Counted from the stretch's first letter, positions 21,411-31,608 are shown. The stretch is DNA of 32,000 nt from Mangrovibacter phragmitis (GCF_001655675.1 NZ_LYRP01000008.1:18873-50872), one strand, 5' to 3'. The notes: generated from the sequence alone by a model not told the origin. Translations and numbers: made by a program.

Positions 21411-21450
21411 GTGTCAGTTTCAACGGGGTTTATCCTGAAAGTGTCAGTTT
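21411..21450. repeat. exact 10-nt direct repeat GTGTCAGTTT x2, starts 30 bp apart, in the hemC-cyaA divergent control region
   Basis: Copies at 21411-21420 and 21441-21450, read directly from the sequence. On the hemC strand they read TTGAAACTGACAC and CTTAAACTGACAC. Confidence 0.6.
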
Positions 21451-21516
21451 AAGTGTATTAAGATGCGCCCGAATGCTAGACTTACTTAGCGCATCTTTCT
21501 TTACGGTCAATGCTCG

Positions 21517-21538
21517 TGGTGTTAAATTGATCACGTTT
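21517..21538 (+). promoter_or_regulatory. CRP-cAMP operator overlapping the cyaA promoter
   Basis: TGGTGTTAAATTGATCACGTTT contains TGTTA-N6-TCACG (consensus TGTGA-N6-TCACA). The core GTGTTAAATTGATCACGTTTT is identical to the CRP site of the E. coli cyaA P2 promoter as I recall it. It overlaps a possible -35 TTACGG (21501-21506) and -10 TAAATT (21523-21528). Confidence 0.6.
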
Positions 21539-21629
21539 TCACCAATTGCCAGCCTGTTCATTCTATAATCATTAAAGGCAGCATGCGGATTACGTTTTTG
21601 AAATACTGTAACCAATCAGGCGATACGTC

Positions 21630-24179
21630 TTGTACCTCTATATTGAGACTCTTAAACAGAGACTGGATGCCATAAACCAACTGCGCGTGGATCGCGCCCT
21701 GGCTGCAATGGGACCCGCTTTTCAGCAGGTTTACAGTCTGCTGCCTACATTATTGCATTGCCATCATCCGCAAATGCCGGGGTACCTTGATGGCAACGTT
21801 CCCCATGGAATTTGTCTGTACACGCCTGATGATACACAACGCCATTATCTGGACAGCCTTGAGCTGAAATATGGCGCTTTCCCGCAAGAAGAAAACACCA
21901 GTGAATTACCCATTACTGGTGTGTACTCCATGGGGAGCACTTCATCGGTTGGGCAAAGTTGTTCGTCTGATTTGGATATTTGGGTGTGTCATCAGGCGTG
22001 GCTGGACAATGAAGAACGCCGTTTGCTCCAGCGCAAGTGTGCGTTACTGGAGGGCTGGGCTGCGTCGTTAGGCGTGGAAGTCAGTTTCTTCCTGATCGAT
22101 GAAAACCGTTTTCGTCATAACGAGAGCGGGAGTCTGGGTGGCGAAGATTGCGGTTCTACACAGCATATTTTACTGCTGGACGAATTTTACCGCACCGCAG
22201 TGCGCCTGGCCGGGAAACGTATTCTGTGGAATATGGTGCCCTGTGACCAGGAAGAGAGCTATGACGACTATGTTATGAAACTCTATGCGCAAGGCGTGCT
22301 GACCCCTAACGAATGGTTGGATCTGGGTGGGCTGAGCTCATTGTCTGCGGAAGAATACTTCGGCGCCAGTTTATGGCAGTTGTATAAAAGTATTGATTCC
22401 CCGTATAAAGCCGTGCTGAAAACGCTGTTGCTGGAAGCGTATTCCTGGGAATATCCCAATACCAGTCTGTTAGCCAAAGACATCAAACAACACCTGCATA
22501 ACGGTGAAATTGTCTCGTTCGGGCTCGATGCGTACTGCATGATGCTGGAACGGGTTACCCAGTATTTAACTGCAATAGAAGATACCACTCGCCTTGACCT
22601 GGTTCGCCGCTGTTTTTATCTGAAAGTATGCGAAAAACTCAGTCGGGAGCGTGCCTGTGTTGGTTGGCGGCGTGAGGTTATCGGGCAGTTAGTGAAAAGC
22701 TGGGGCTGGGATGAACAACGCCTGGCTATGCTGGATAACCGGGCTAACTGGAAAATTGACGAAGTCCGCAATGCTCATAATGAATTGCTGGATGCGATGA
22801 TGCAAAGCTATCGCAACCTGATTCGTTTTGCCCGTCGCAACAATCTGAGTGTCAGTGCCAGCCCACAAGATATCGGGGTTCTGACGCGTAAGCTCTATGC
22901 CGCCTTTGAAGCTCTGCCGGGGAAAGTCACCCTGGTTAACCCACAAATATCGCCAGACCTGTCTGAACCGAATCTGACCTTTATTCATGTACCGCCAGGC
23001 CGGGCAAATCGTTCGGGGTGGTATCTGTATAACCGTGCACCGCATATGGACACGATTATCAGCCATCAGCCACTGGAATATAACCGTTATCTGAACAAAC
23101 TGGTGGCCTGGGCCTACTTCAATGGTTTATTAACACCGCGTACCCGCCTGTTCATTAAAGGCAATGGTATCTGTGACCTGGCAAAATTGCAGGAAATGGT
23201 GTCGGATGTATCCCATCATTTCCCTATCAGGCTGCCAGCGCCAACACCTAAGGCATTGTACAGCCCATGCGAAATTCGCCATCTCGCGATTATTGTCAAC
23301 CTGGAATATGACCCGACGACGGCGTTTCGTAACCAGGTGGTGCATTTTGATTTCCGTAAGCTGGATGTCTTTAGTTTCGGTGAAGAACAAAAATGCCTGA
23401 TTGGCAGTATTGATTTGCTGTATCGCAACTCATGGAATGAAGTGCGTACTCTGCATTTCAATGGCGAGCAGGCCATGATTGAAGCGTTAAAAACGATTTT
23501 GGGTAAAATGCACCAGGATGCAGCGCCACCAGACAACGTTGAGGTATTTTGCTACAGCCAGCATTTGCGTGGGTTAATTCGTACCCGTGTTCTGCAACTG
23601 GTTTCTGAATGTATTGAGTTACGCTTGTCGAGCACACGTCTTGAACCCGGGCGTTTTAAAGCGTTGCGTGTTGCCGGGCAAACCTGGGGACTGTTCTTTG
23701 AACGGTTGAATGTGTCTGTGCAGAAACTGGAAAACGCCATTGAGTTTTATGGGGCGATTTCTCATAACAAACTGCATGGGTTGTCGGTTCAGGTTGAAAC
23801 CAACCATGTCCAGCTCCCTTCGGTTGTTGACGGGTTTGCCAGTGAAGGGATTATTCAGTTTTTCTTTGAAGAAACCAACAGTGACAAAGGGTTCAACATC
23901 TATATTCTGGATGAAGGTAACCGCGCTGAAGTTTACCATCACTGTGAAGGGAGTATTGAAGAGCTGGTTCGGGATGTCAGCCGGTTCTACTCCTCATCCC
24001 ATGATCGCTTCACTTATGGTTCCAGCTTTGTGAACTTCAACCTGCCACAGTTCTACCAGATTGTGACTGGGGAAGGGCGCGCCCAGGTCATTCCGTACCG
24101 TGCTCAGTCTGTTACCGCAGCCGCAGCGCTGGCATCAGATGGCAACGCTGCGACACTACTGCAACAATATCAGCAGTAA
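21630..24179 (+). CDS. cyaA: class I adenylate cyclase
   Basis: 849 aa starting at a TTG, as in E. coli cyaA. The N-terminus (M)[42 protein letters not shown] is identical by eye to E. coli CyaA, and the protein is collinear throughout. Confidence 0.96.
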   Translation: MYLYIETLKQRLDAINQLRVDRALAAMGPAFQQVYSLLPTLLHCHHPQMPGYLDGNVPHGICLYTPDDTQRHYLDSLELKYGAFPQEENTSELPITGVYSMGSTSSVGQSCSSDLDIWVCHQAWLDNEERRLLQRKCALLEGWAASLGVEVSFFLIDENRFRHNESGSLGGEDCGSTQHILLLDEFYRTAVRLAGKRILWNMVPCDQEESYDDYVMKLYAQGVLTPNEWLDLGGLSSLSAEEYFGASLWQLYKSIDSPYKAVLKTLLLEAYSWEYPNTSLLAKDIKQHLHNGEIVSFGLDAYCMMLERVTQYLTAIEDTTRLDLVRRCFYLKVCEKLSRERACVGWRREVIGQLVKSWGWDEQRLAMLDNRANWKIDEVRNAHNELLDAMMQSYRNLIRFARRNNLSVSASPQDIGVLTRKLYAAFEALPGKVTLVNPQISPDLSEPNLTFIHVPPGRANRSGWYLYNRAPHMDTIISHQPLEYNRYLNKLVAWAYFNGLLTPRTRLFIKGNGICDLAKLQEMVSDVSHHFPIRLPAPTPKALYSPCEIRHLAIIVNLEYDPTTAFRNQVVHFDFRKLDVFSFGEEQKCLIGSIDLLYRNSWNEVRTLHFNGEQAMIEALKTILGKMHQDAAPPDNVEVFCYSQHLRGLIRTRVLQLVSECIELRLSSTRLEPGRFKALRVAGQTWGLFFERLNVSVQKLENAIEFYGAISHNKLHGLSVQVETNHVQLPSVVDGFASEGIIQFFFEETNSDKGFNIYILDEGNRAEVYHHCEGSIEELVRDVSRFYSSSHDRFTYGSSFVNFNLPQFYQIVTGEGRAQVIPYRAQSVTAAAALASDGNAATLLQQYQQ

Positions 24180-24500
24180 TTACTGGAAGCTGACTGGTTC
24201 ACCAGCTTGCTGAGAGCAGGCTTCTTCCAGTAAGGCCCAGAAAGTTTTTCCGCTACGGTCGCACACCCAGGTATCTTCTTTCAGGTTGAAGTGGTAGCCA
24301 CCACTTTTGGTTGCCAGCCAGACCTGGTGCAGTGGCTCCTGGCGGTTAATAATGATTTTGCTGCCATTTTCAAAACTCAGTGTCAGTACACCACCATTGA
24401 TCTCGCAGTCGATATCGCTGTCGCCATCCCAGTTATCAAAATATTCTTCAATGGCCATCCACAGTTCGTCGGCCAGTCTGTGGAATTCAGAATCGTTCAT
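24180..24500 (-). CDS. cyaY: frataxin-like iron-sulfur cluster assembly protein CyaY
   Basis: 106 aa, starting [68 protein letters not shown]..., collinear with E. coli CyaY. Confidence 0.96.
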   Translation of the reverse strand: MNDSEFHRLADELWMAIEEYFDNWDGDSDIDCEINGGVLTLSFENGSKIIINRQEPLHQVWLATKSGGYHFNLKEDTWVCDRSGKTFWALLEEACSQQAGEPVSFQ

Positions 24501-24690
24501 GTTTCGCTTCCCGTTATAAGGCTGTGCAGGCAGTATAAAAGCACAGCGCGGGAAATTAAAATACCGCTCACAGACTCGTGAGTAAGCAAGTGTTTTTGGC
24601 GGGAATTATCTGTTCCTCAGACTCTGGCTATTGCTTTTCAGGGTTCACCTGCGATGATAGATAACAATAACGATATACAGGCACTGCAGA

Positions 24691-24897
24691 ATGAAGAAAC
24701 TCGTTTATCCGCTGGCCATGGCGCTGGCAATGTTTAGCCTCAGTGGATGTGGTTTAAAAGGCCCACTCTATTTCCCTCCGGCAGACAACAAAACACCCGA
24801 ACATGTTGAAAAACCAGCATCGTCGACGCAATCAGCCGCACCTGATCAAAACGATCGCGGGTATGGCGACGACCCGACGCAGGTTGTCACCCAGTAG
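24691..24897 (+). CDS. lptM: small lipoprotein LptM (YifL)
   Basis: 68 aa with a signal peptide and lipobox LSGC, followed by GLKGPLYFPPAD as in E. coli YifL/LptM. It lies directly upstream of dapF. Confidence 0.88.
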   Translation: MKKLVYPLAMALAMFSLSGCGLKGPLYFPPADNKTPEHVEKPASSTQSAAPDQNDRGYGDDPTQVVTQ

Positions 24898-24932
24898 CAC
24901 CCCAGTGCATGACCTGGGGAAGGGAGTTCTAA

Positions 24933-25757
24933 ATGCAGTTTTCCAAAATGCATGGGCTTGGCAATGATTTCATGGTGGTTGACGCGGTAACACAAAACGT
25001 CTTCTTCTCTCCGGATATGATCCGCCGCCTGGCTGACAGGCATTTGGGAGTGGGGTTTGATCAGTTACTGATTGTGGAACCACCTTATGATCCTGAGCTG
25101 GATTTTCACTACCGTATTTTTAATGCGGATGGTAGTGAAGTTGCACAGTGTGGCAATGGCGCGCGTTGTTTTGCCCGCTTTGTGCGTCTGAAGGGCCTGA
25201 CCAACAAGAAAGATATTTTTGTCAGTACCGCCAATGGGCGTATGGTTCTGACAGTGACGGACGATGATTTAGTACGGGTGAATATGGGCGAACCGGACTT
25301 CGAACCTGGCCGTATTCCTTTCCGCGCTAATAAAATGGAAAAAACCTATATTATGCGCGTCGCAGAACAAACGGTTCTTTGTGGCGCAGTATCAATGGGT
25401 AATCCCCATTGTGTGATTCAGGTTGAAAGTGTTGCGACAGCTGAAGTGGCATTGCTGGGGCCGTTGGTAGAAAGCCATGACCGCTTTCCTGAACGGGTGA
25501 ATGTTGGTTTTATGGAAGTGGTTAACCCTGAGCATATCCGTCTGCGGGTTTATGAACGCGGCGCAGGTGAAACCCAGGCCTGTGGAAGTGGGGCCTGTGG
25601 TGCAGTGGCTGTCGGTATACAACAAGGTTTACTGGCTGAACAAGTGCGGGTTGACCTGCCTGGTGGCCGGTTAGATATTGCCTGGAAAGGTCCTGGGCAT
25701 CCTTTGTATATGACCGGGCCTGCCACTCATGTCTATGATGGGTTTATACATCTATGA
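24933..25757 (+). CDS. dapF: diaminopimelate epimerase
   Basis: 274 aa, starting [27 protein letters not shown]... The catalytic Cys motifs are QCGNGARC and ACGSGAC. Near-identical by eye to E. coli DapF. Confidence 0.97.
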   Translation: MQFSKMHGLGNDFMVVDAVTQNVFFSPDMIRRLADRHLGVGFDQLLIVEPPYDPELDFHYRIFNADGSEVAQCGNGARCFARFVRLKGLTNKKDIFVSTANGRMVLTVTDDDLVRVNMGEPDFEPGRIPFRANKMEKTYIMRVAEQTVLCGAVSMGNPHCVIQVESVATAEVALLGPLVESHDRFPERVNVGFMEVVNPEHIRLRVYERGAGETQACGSGACGAVAVGIQQGLLAEQVRVDLPGGRLDIAWKGPGHPLYMTGPATHVYDGFIHL

Positions 25758-26458
25758 AGAACGTCGGAGAACAGCAAGATATTTTGCCTGAGCTGACAGA
25801 CGAGATGGTCGGAGACTATCTGCGTCGTCACCCTGATTTTTTTATTCGTAACGCACAACTGGTTGAGCAACTCTGTGTACCGCACCCGGTACGGGGAGCG
25901 GTGTCACTGGTTGAATGGCATATGGCCAGGTCGCGGAACCGGATTGATAACCTGGAAACCAATATGGGTTTGCTGGTTGAACAGGCAATGGCAAATGAAG
26001 GGCTGTTTTACCGACTACTGAAACTACAAAGTCGGCTGGCGTCAGCCCCGGATTTTCAGTCTTTTCTTGAACGCCTGGCTCGTTGGGCAAAGGAGATGAA
26101 ACTATCCAGTGCTACGTTACGGCTCTTTCCGGATAAATGGCGTATTGGCGCACCTTCCTGTTTTACTCACCTGGCGTTGAGCCGGCAACTGTTTGAGCCA
26201 TTGCGCGTACAACGTTTTGGCGACCAGTCGCATTATCTTGGCGGCCTCAATGGTAATGAATTGCTGGTGATGTTGCCGCAGGAAAAAGCAGTAGGCTCAG
26301 TAGCAATGTCATTACTGGGGGAACAAGGGGATTTAGGTGTACTGGTATTCTCCAGCCGTGACCCTCAGCACTATTGTGCAGGCCAGGGAACTCAGTTCTT
26401 GCAGGAACTGAGTACATTATTACCCGGGTTACTGGAACGTTGGGTGGAGCGGTTATGA
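25754..26458 (+). CDS. yigA: DUF484-family protein YigA
   Basis: 234 aa, with conserved position between dapF and xerC and ATGA overlaps at both ends. The N-terminal ...[12 protein letters not shown]... is typical of DUF484. Confidence 0.88.
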   Translation: MKNVGEQQDILPELTDEMVGDYLRRHPDFFIRNAQLVEQLCVPHPVRGAVSLVEWHMARSRNRIDNLETNMGLLVEQAMANEGLFYRLLKLQSRLASAPDFQSFLERLARWAKEMKLSSATLRLFPDKWRIGAPSCFTHLALSRQLFEPLRVQRFGDQSHYLGGLNGNELLVMLPQEKAVGSVAMSLLGEQGDLGVLVFSSRDPQHYCAGQGTQFLQELSTLLPGLLERWVERL

Positions 26459-27354
26459 GCGGTTTGCAGGCGAGTGTTGACCAATATTTGCGTTACCTGA
26501 AAGTGGAGCGCCAGCTAAGCCCACTGACTTTGCTCAACTATGGCCGCCAGTTGCAGGTTATTATCAGTATGGCGGCGGATATTGGGATACAACACTGGGC
26601 TCAGTGCGACAGCAACAAAGTGAAACGCTTTGCAGTATTAAGCCGCAAGCATGGTCTGCAACCTGCCAGCATGGCATTACGCCTTTCTGCCCTGCGCAGT
26701 TTTTTCGATTGGCTGGTTGCTCAGGGTGAGTTGGATGCAAACCCGGCAAAAGGTGTCGCCAGCCCCAAAGCGCCACGCCATTTGCCCAAGAATATTGATG
26801 TGGATGACATCAACCGGTTACTGGATATCGATATTAATGACCCACTCGCTGTGCGTGACCGGGCGATGCTGGAAATCATGTATGGTGCCGGGTTGCGTTT
26901 ATCGGAACTGGTTAATATTGATTGCCGCCATCTGGACCTCGCCAGTGGTGAGGTATGGGTGATGGGGAAAGGGAGTAAAGAGCGCAGGTTGCCTGTTGGT
27001 CGTAGTGCGGTGCAATGGGTTGAGCACTGGCTGGAACTGCGTTTGCTGTTTGGACCCGATGATGACGCACTTTTTTTATCCCGCCAGGGTAAACGTATTT
27101 CAGCGCGTAACGTGCAAAAACGCTTTGCTGAATGGGGAGTGCGCCAGGGGCTTAACAGCCATGTCCATCCTCATAAATTACGCCACTCATTTGCCACACA
27201 TATGCTGGAATCCAGTGGTGATTTGCGAGCGGTACAGGAATTGCTGGGGCACGCCAATTTATCGACTACCCAAATCTATACCCACCTCGACTTTCAACAT
27301 TTAGCCTCGGTGTATGATGCAGCGCATCCTCGCGCCAGGCGGGGGAAATCGTAA
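26455..27354 (+). CDS. xerC: tyrosine site-specific recombinase XerC
   Basis: ATG at 26455 gives [29 protein letters not shown]..., matching the E. coli XerC N-terminus. The catalytic motifs are [26 protein letters not shown] and [14 protein letters not shown]. The track start at 26374 lies inside yigA. Confidence 0.95.
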   Translation: MSGLQASVDQYLRYLKVERQLSPLTLLNYGRQLQVIISMAADIGIQHWAQCDSNKVKRFAVLSRKHGLQPASMALRLSALRSFFDWLVAQGELDANPAKGVASPKAPRHLPKNIDVDDINRLLDIDINDPLAVRDRAMLEIMYGAGLRLSELVNIDCRHLDLASGEVWVMGKGSKERRLPVGRSAVQWVEHWLELRLLFGPDDDALFLSRQGKRISARNVQKRFAEWGVRQGLNSHVHPHKLRHSFATHMLESSGDLRAVQELLGHANLSTTQIYTHLDFQHLASVYDAAHPRARRGKS

Positions 27355-28070
27355 TGCATTTTTACCGTCCACTGAGCCGGATTGCCGCTCTGACATTTGA
27401 TCTGGACGATACGCTGTATGACAACTATCCAGTAATTCAAAAAACTACTCAGGCATCGCTTCAGTTTCTTCAACAATACCACCCGTCACTGGCTCAACTG
27501 ACAGCCAGTGATTTTATTGGTGTGCGTGACGCATTAAGGGCAGAAGAACCGGAGATTTACCATGATGTGTCCCAGTGGCGCTGGCGGGCAATAGAACGCA
27601 CGATGCAACTCGCCGGGATACCAGATAGCCAGGCGCGTGAAGGCGCGGATGCGGTGATGGCCGAGTTTGCTCACTGGCGTAACCGTATAGAAGTACCACA
27701 GGAAACTCATGCCATACTGGCAAAACTGGCGGGAAAATGGCCATTAGCCGCTATTACTAATGGTAATGCGGATCCCTCTCGTTTCGGGCTTGAGTCGTAT
27801 TTTCAGTTTGTGTTGCGTGCCGGACCGGATGGCCGCTCAAAACCGTTTGGCGATATGTACTGGCTCGCGGCACGAAAACTGGGTCTTCAGCCCGGTGAGT
27901 TGCTCCATGTAGGCGATGACCTCACCACTGATGTGTCAGGCGCGGTACAAAGTGGCGTTCAGGCATGCTGGATTAACCTGAAACAGGCCAGCCTGATGAC
28001 GGCCAAAGACAGCCGGTTGCTACCTCATGTAGAAATTTCGCGGTTGGCATCACTCACTGCGCTGATATAA
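27354..28070 (+). CDS. yigB: HAD-family phosphatase YigB (5-amino-6-(5-phospho-D-ribitylamino)uracil phosphatase)
   Basis: 238 aa, starting [24 protein letters not shown] (HAD motif I), then ...ITNGNA... and ...[10 protein letters not shown]..., collinear with E. coli YigB. TAATG overlap with xerC. Confidence 0.92.
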   Translation: MHFYRPLSRIAALTFDLDDTLYDNYPVIQKTTQASLQFLQQYHPSLAQLTASDFIGVRDALRAEEPEIYHDVSQWRWRAIERTMQLAGIPDSQAREGADAVMAEFAHWRNRIEVPQETHAILAKLAGKWPLAAITNGNADPSRFGLESYFQFVLRAGPDGRSKPFGDMYWLAARKLGLQPGELLHVGDDLTTDVSGAVQSGVQACWINLKQASLMTAKDSRLLPHVEISRLASLTALI

Positions 28071-28071
28071 T
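28044..28071 (+). promoter_or_regulatory. candidate sigma70 promoter of uvrD, inside the 3' end of yigB
   Basis: TTGGCA (28044-28049), a 16-nt spacer, then TATAAT (28066-28071). The -10 overlaps the yigB stop codon (28068-28070). Confidence 0.5.
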
Positions 28072-28090
28072 GCTGTAAAAATTTCCAGGG
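28071..28090 (+). promoter_or_regulatory. LexA (SOS) box of uvrD
   Basis: TGCTGTAAAAATTTCCAGGG contains CTG-N10-CAG with an AT-rich centre and matches the consensus TACTGTATATATATACAGTA at 13/20 positions. It has the same CTGT...CCAG form as the E. coli uvrD box as I recall it, and lies immediately downstream of the -10. Confidence 0.55.
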
Positions 28091-28125
28091 GTACGATCCC
28101 CCCTTTCCCCAATTTGGCGGTGCTG

Positions 28126-30288
28126 ATGGACGTTTCTTACCTGCTCGACAGTCTTAATGATAAACAGCGTGAAGCCGTTGCGGCACCACGCAGTAATTTG
28201 CTGGTTCTGGCAGGTGCGGGAAGCGGGAAAACACGAGTACTGGTGCATCGTATCGCCTGGCTGATGTCGGTTGAGAATAGCTCGCCTTACTCCATTATGG
28301 CTGTCACCTTTACCAATAAAGCGGCCGCAGAAATGCGCCAGCGTATTGGTCAATTGATGGGAAGCGTGCAAAATGGCATGTGGGTTGGCACTTTCCACGG
28401 CCTGGCACACCGCCTGTTGCGCGCGCATCACCTTGATGCTGGCTTGCCACAGGATTTTCAAATTCTGGATAGCGAAGACCAGCTACGCCTGCTCAAACGC
28501 CTGATCAAAGCCATGAACCTTGATGAAAAGCAGTGGCCTGCCCGCCAGGCCATGTGGTACATCAACGGCAAAAAAGACGAAGGCCTGCGCCCACAACATG
28601 TAGAAAGCTATGGCAACCCGGTTGAGCAAACCTGGTTGAAGGTTTACCAGGCTTATCAGGAAGCCTGCGACAGAGCCGGGCTGGTGGATTTTGCTGAATT
28701 ACTGCTGCGCGCCCATGAGCTTTGGCTTAATAAGCCCCATATTCTCCAACACTATCGTGATCGCTTTACACACATTTTGGTGGACGAATTTCAGGATACC
28801 AACAACATTCAGTATGCCTGGATTCGCCTGCTGGCGGGTGATACCAGCCATGTAATGATCGTTGGGGATGATGACCAGTCAATTTATGGCTGGCGTGGTG
28901 CTCAGGTGGAAAATATTCAGCGCTTTCTGCGGGATTTCCCGGGGGCGCAAACCATTCGCCTTGAGCAAAACTACCGTTCAACCAGCAATATTCTGAACGC
29001 GGCTAACGCCCTGATTGATAACAACACAGGGCGCCTTGGGAAAAACTTGTGGACTGACGGCAGCGAAGGTGAGCCCATTTCGCTGTACTGCGCCTTCAAT
29101 GAACTGGATGAAGCCCGGTTTGTTGTCAACCGTATCAAAACCTGGCAGGACAATGGCGGTGCACTGGAACAGTGTGCCATCTTATATCGCAGCAACGCCC
29201 AGTCGCGCGTGCTCGAAGAGGCTTTATTGCAGGGCAGCATGCCGTACCGGATTTATGGCGGTATGCGCTTCTTTGAACGCCAGGAAATTAAAGATGCGCT
29301 GGCGTACTTGCGCCTGATGAGTAACCGTAATGATGACGCGGCATTTGAGCGTGTGGTTAATACCCCCACCCGGGGAATAGGCGACCGCACTCTGGATGTT
29401 GTGCGCCAGACATCCAGAGAAAACCAGCTCACGCTATGGCAGGCTTCACGCCAGCTCTTACAGGATAAAGCCCTGGCCGGGCGCGCTGCGTCTGCCCTGC
29501 AGCGTTTTATGGAACTAATTGATGCACTGGCTCACGATACCGCAGAAATGCCCCTGCATGTCCAGACTGACCGGGTGATTAAAGATTCTGGTTTGTGGAT
29601 GATGTATGAGCAGGAAAAAGGCGAAAAAGGGCAGACGCGTATTGAAAACCTTGAGGAACTGGTGACAGCCACACGCCAGTTCAGCTACCAGGACGAAGAC
29701 GAAGATTTAATGCCGTTACAGGCCTTCTTGTCTCATGCTGCACTGGAGGCAGGAGAAGGGCAGGCAGATACCTGGCAGGACGCAGTACAACTGATGACAC
29801 TGCATTCAGCGAAAGGTCTGGAGTTCCCGCAAGTGTTTATTGTCGGGATGGAAGAAGGGATGTTCCCCAGCCAGATGTCGCTGGATGAAGGCGGTCGCCT
29901 GGAAGAAGAACGCCGCCTGGCTTATGTTGGTGTCACGCGGGCCATGCAAAAGCTTACGCTGACTTATGCAGAATCGCGCCGACTGTACGGGAAAGAGGTG
30001 TATCACCGCCCTTCCCGGTTCATTGGCGAACTACCGGAAAACTGTGTGGAGGAAGTGCGTTTACGTGCGACGGTTTCCCGCCCGGTTAATCACCAACGGC
30101 TGGGTACGCCCATTGAGCAAAACGATAGTGGCTATAAGCTGGGCCAGCGGGTACGCCATCCCAAATTTGGTGAGGGAACTATTGTGAACCTGGAAGGTAG
30201 TGGTGAGCACAGCCGCTTGCAGGTGGCATTCCAGGGCCAGGGCATTAAGTGGCTGGTCGCCGCTTACGCCAGGCTCGAAACGGTGTAA
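28126..30288 (+). CDS. uvrD: DNA helicase II (UvrD)
   Basis: ATG at 28126 gives MDVSYLLDSLNDKQREAVAAPRSNLLVLAGAGSGKTRVLVHRIAWLM, identical by eye to the E. coli UvrD N-terminus. It is 720 aa with helicase motifs AGAGSGKT and VDEFQDTN. The TTG at 28114 proposed by the track adds 4 unsupported residues. Confidence 0.96.
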   Translation: MDVSYLLDSLNDKQREAVAAPRSNLLVLAGAGSGKTRVLVHRIAWLMSVENSSPYSIMAVTFTNKAAAEMRQRIGQLMGSVQNGMWVGTFHGLAHRLLRAHHLDAGLPQDFQILDSEDQLRLLKRLIKAMNLDEKQWPARQAMWYINGKKDEGLRPQHVESYGNPVEQTWLKVYQAYQEACDRAGLVDFAELLLRAHELWLNKPHILQHYRDRFTHILVDEFQDTNNIQYAWIRLLAGDTSHVMIVGDDDQSIYGWRGAQVENIQRFLRDFPGAQTIRLEQNYRSTSNILNAANALIDNNTGRLGKNLWTDGSEGEPISLYCAFNELDEARFVVNRIKTWQDNGGALEQCAILYRSNAQSRVLEEALLQGSMPYRIYGGMRFFERQEIKDALAYLRLMSNRNDDAAFERVVNTPTRGIGDRTLDVVRQTSRENQLTLWQASRQLLQDKALAGRAASALQRFMELIDALAHDTAEMPLHVQTDRVIKDSGLWMMYEQEKGEKGQTRIENLEELVTATRQFSYQDEDEDLMPLQAFLSHAALEAGEGQADTWQDAVQLMTLHSAKGLEFPQVFIVGMEEGMFPSQMSLDEGGRLEEERRLAYVGVTRAMQKLTLTYAESRRLYGKEVYHRPSRFIGELPENCVEEVRLRATVSRPVNHQRLGTPIEQNDSGYKLGQRVRHPKFGEGTIVNLEGSGEHSRLQVAFQGQGIKWLVAAYARLETV
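28680..28687 (+). other. Chi site (GCTGGTGG)
   Basis: Exact octamer on the + strand inside uvrD. Confidence 0.85.
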
Positions 30289-30375
30289 CTCTGTGTGGGA
30301 AAATAAATTTTCTGCGCTGTCTGCTAACCTTAACAAATAACAGATATTAATTAATTGCGAGTGTTCTGTTGTTTG

Positions 30376-30404
30376 TTGACGCTGCTTTTTCGCTGGCGTA
30401 ACAT
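30376..30404 (+). promoter_or_regulatory. candidate sigma70 promoter of corA
   Basis: TTGACG (30376-30381), a 17-nt spacer, then TAACAT (30399-30404). It would give a leader of about 225 nt. Sequence match only. Confidence 0.4.
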
Positions 30405-30489
30405 GCGCGCACGATTACGCTAAGAGGACATTCGCCTTGGACACACCCAGTAGATACTGGCTCTTTCACCTGTTTTCGGGGTGCAACTC

Positions 30490-30520
30490 CTAAGGCTATC
30501 CTCATTGCTGATAGCCTTAG
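30490..30520 (+). promoter_or_regulatory. perfect 11-bp stem-loop in the corA 5' leader (no U-tract)
   Basis: CTAAGGCTATC (30490-30500) pairs perfectly with GATAGCCTTAG (30510-30520) around a 9-nt loop. It is followed by cggttgtcag, so it is not an intrinsic terminator. It lies 117 nt upstream of the corA ATG. Confidence 0.45.
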
Positions 30521-30636
30521 CGGTTGTCAGCGACATCTTTTCCCGTCGCGTTGAGCCAGTCTATTTCTTGGTTTGAAACCCCCGTTTCTGTGTGCCCACT
30601 GAACTGTCCGATATTTTTGCATTGGGAGTCCCGGTC

Positions 30637-31587
30637 ATGTTGAGCGCATTTCAACTGGAAAATAATCGGTTGTCCCGTCTCGAAGTGGAAGAGGCTGAAA
30701 ACCTGAGCAACGCGATATGGGTTGACCTGGTTGAGCCAGACGAAGACGAGCGACAACGCGTACAAACGGAACTTGACCAGAGCCTGGCGACCCGGCCAGA
30801 GCTTGAAGACATTGAGGCATCTGCCCGTTTTTTTGAAGACGAAGATGGCTTACATATCCACTCATTTTTCTTCTACGAAGATGCGGACGATCACGCGGGC
30901 AACTCAACCGTGGCTTTTACCATTCGTAATGGTCGCCTGTTTACCTTGCGTGAACGTGAGTTACCGGCATTTCGTCTCTACCGCATGCGCGCCCGTACAC
31001 AGTTGATGGTTGACGGTAATGCGTTTGAATTGTTACTCGATTTGTTTGAAACCAAAATTGAACAGCTGGCTGATGAAATCGAAAACATTTACAGCGACCT
31101 GGAAAAGCTCAGCCGGGTGATTATGGAAGGGCAACAGGGTGATGAGTACGACGAAGCGCTCTCCACTCTGGCAGAGCTGGAAGATACCGGCTGGAAAGTT
31201 CGCCTGTGTTTGATGGATACCCAGCGGGCACTGAATTTCCTGGTACGTAAAGCTCGCTTACCGGGTGAGCAGCTTGAACAGGCGCGCGAAGTATTACGCG
31301 ATATTGAATCCCTGCTGCCACACAACGAATCCTTGTTCCAGAAAGTTAACTTCCTGATGCAGGCGGCGATGGGGTTTATCAATATCGAACAGAACCGGAT
31401 AATTAAAATCTTCTCCGTGGTATCTGTTGTATTCCTGCCGCCCACGCTGGTTGCTTCCAGTTATGGGATGAACTTTGAGTTCATGCCGGAATTACACTGG
31501 AGCTTTGGTTACCCAGGTGCCATCGTCTTTATGATGCTCGCGGGCCTGGCACCTTACCTGTACTTTAAGCGGAAAAACTGGTTGTAG
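30637..31587 (+). CDS. corA: magnesium/cobalt/nickel transporter CorA
   Basis: ATG at 30637 with GGGAG 9 nt upstream gives [19 protein letters not shown]..., the E. coli CorA N-terminus. It is 316 aa with the signature YGMNFE and two C-terminal TM segments, ending ...[10 protein letters not shown]. The GTG at 30592 has no homology support. Confidence 0.96.
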   Translation: MLSAFQLENNRLSRLEVEEAENLSNAIWVDLVEPDEDERQRVQTELDQSLATRPELEDIEASARFFEDEDGLHIHSFFFYEDADDHAGNSTVAFTIRNGRLFTLRERELPAFRLYRMRARTQLMVDGNAFELLLDLFETKIEQLADEIENIYSDLEKLSRVIMEGQQGDEYDEALSTLAELEDTGWKVRLCLMDTQRALNFLVRKARLPGEQLEQAREVLRDIESLLPHNESLFQKVNFLMQAAMGFINIEQNRIIKIFSVVSVVFLPPTLVASSYGMNFEFMPELHWSFGYPGAIVFMMLAGLAPYLYFKRKNWL

Positions 31588-31608
31588 CGGTTAATGCTCA
31601 GAGGCAAG

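Noticed and set aside
21430-21615. 61-aa minus-strand ORF in the hemC-cyaA spacer
   Set aside because: It lies across the cyaA promoter and CRP operator, has no SD and has no recognisable similarity to anything I know.
30289-30375. Search for an intrinsic terminator after uvrD
   Set aside because: Only AT-rich micro-palindromes are present (GAAAAT-AA-ATTTTC, and AACAGA...TCTGTT with a 20-nt loop). Neither has a stable GC stem plus U-tract.
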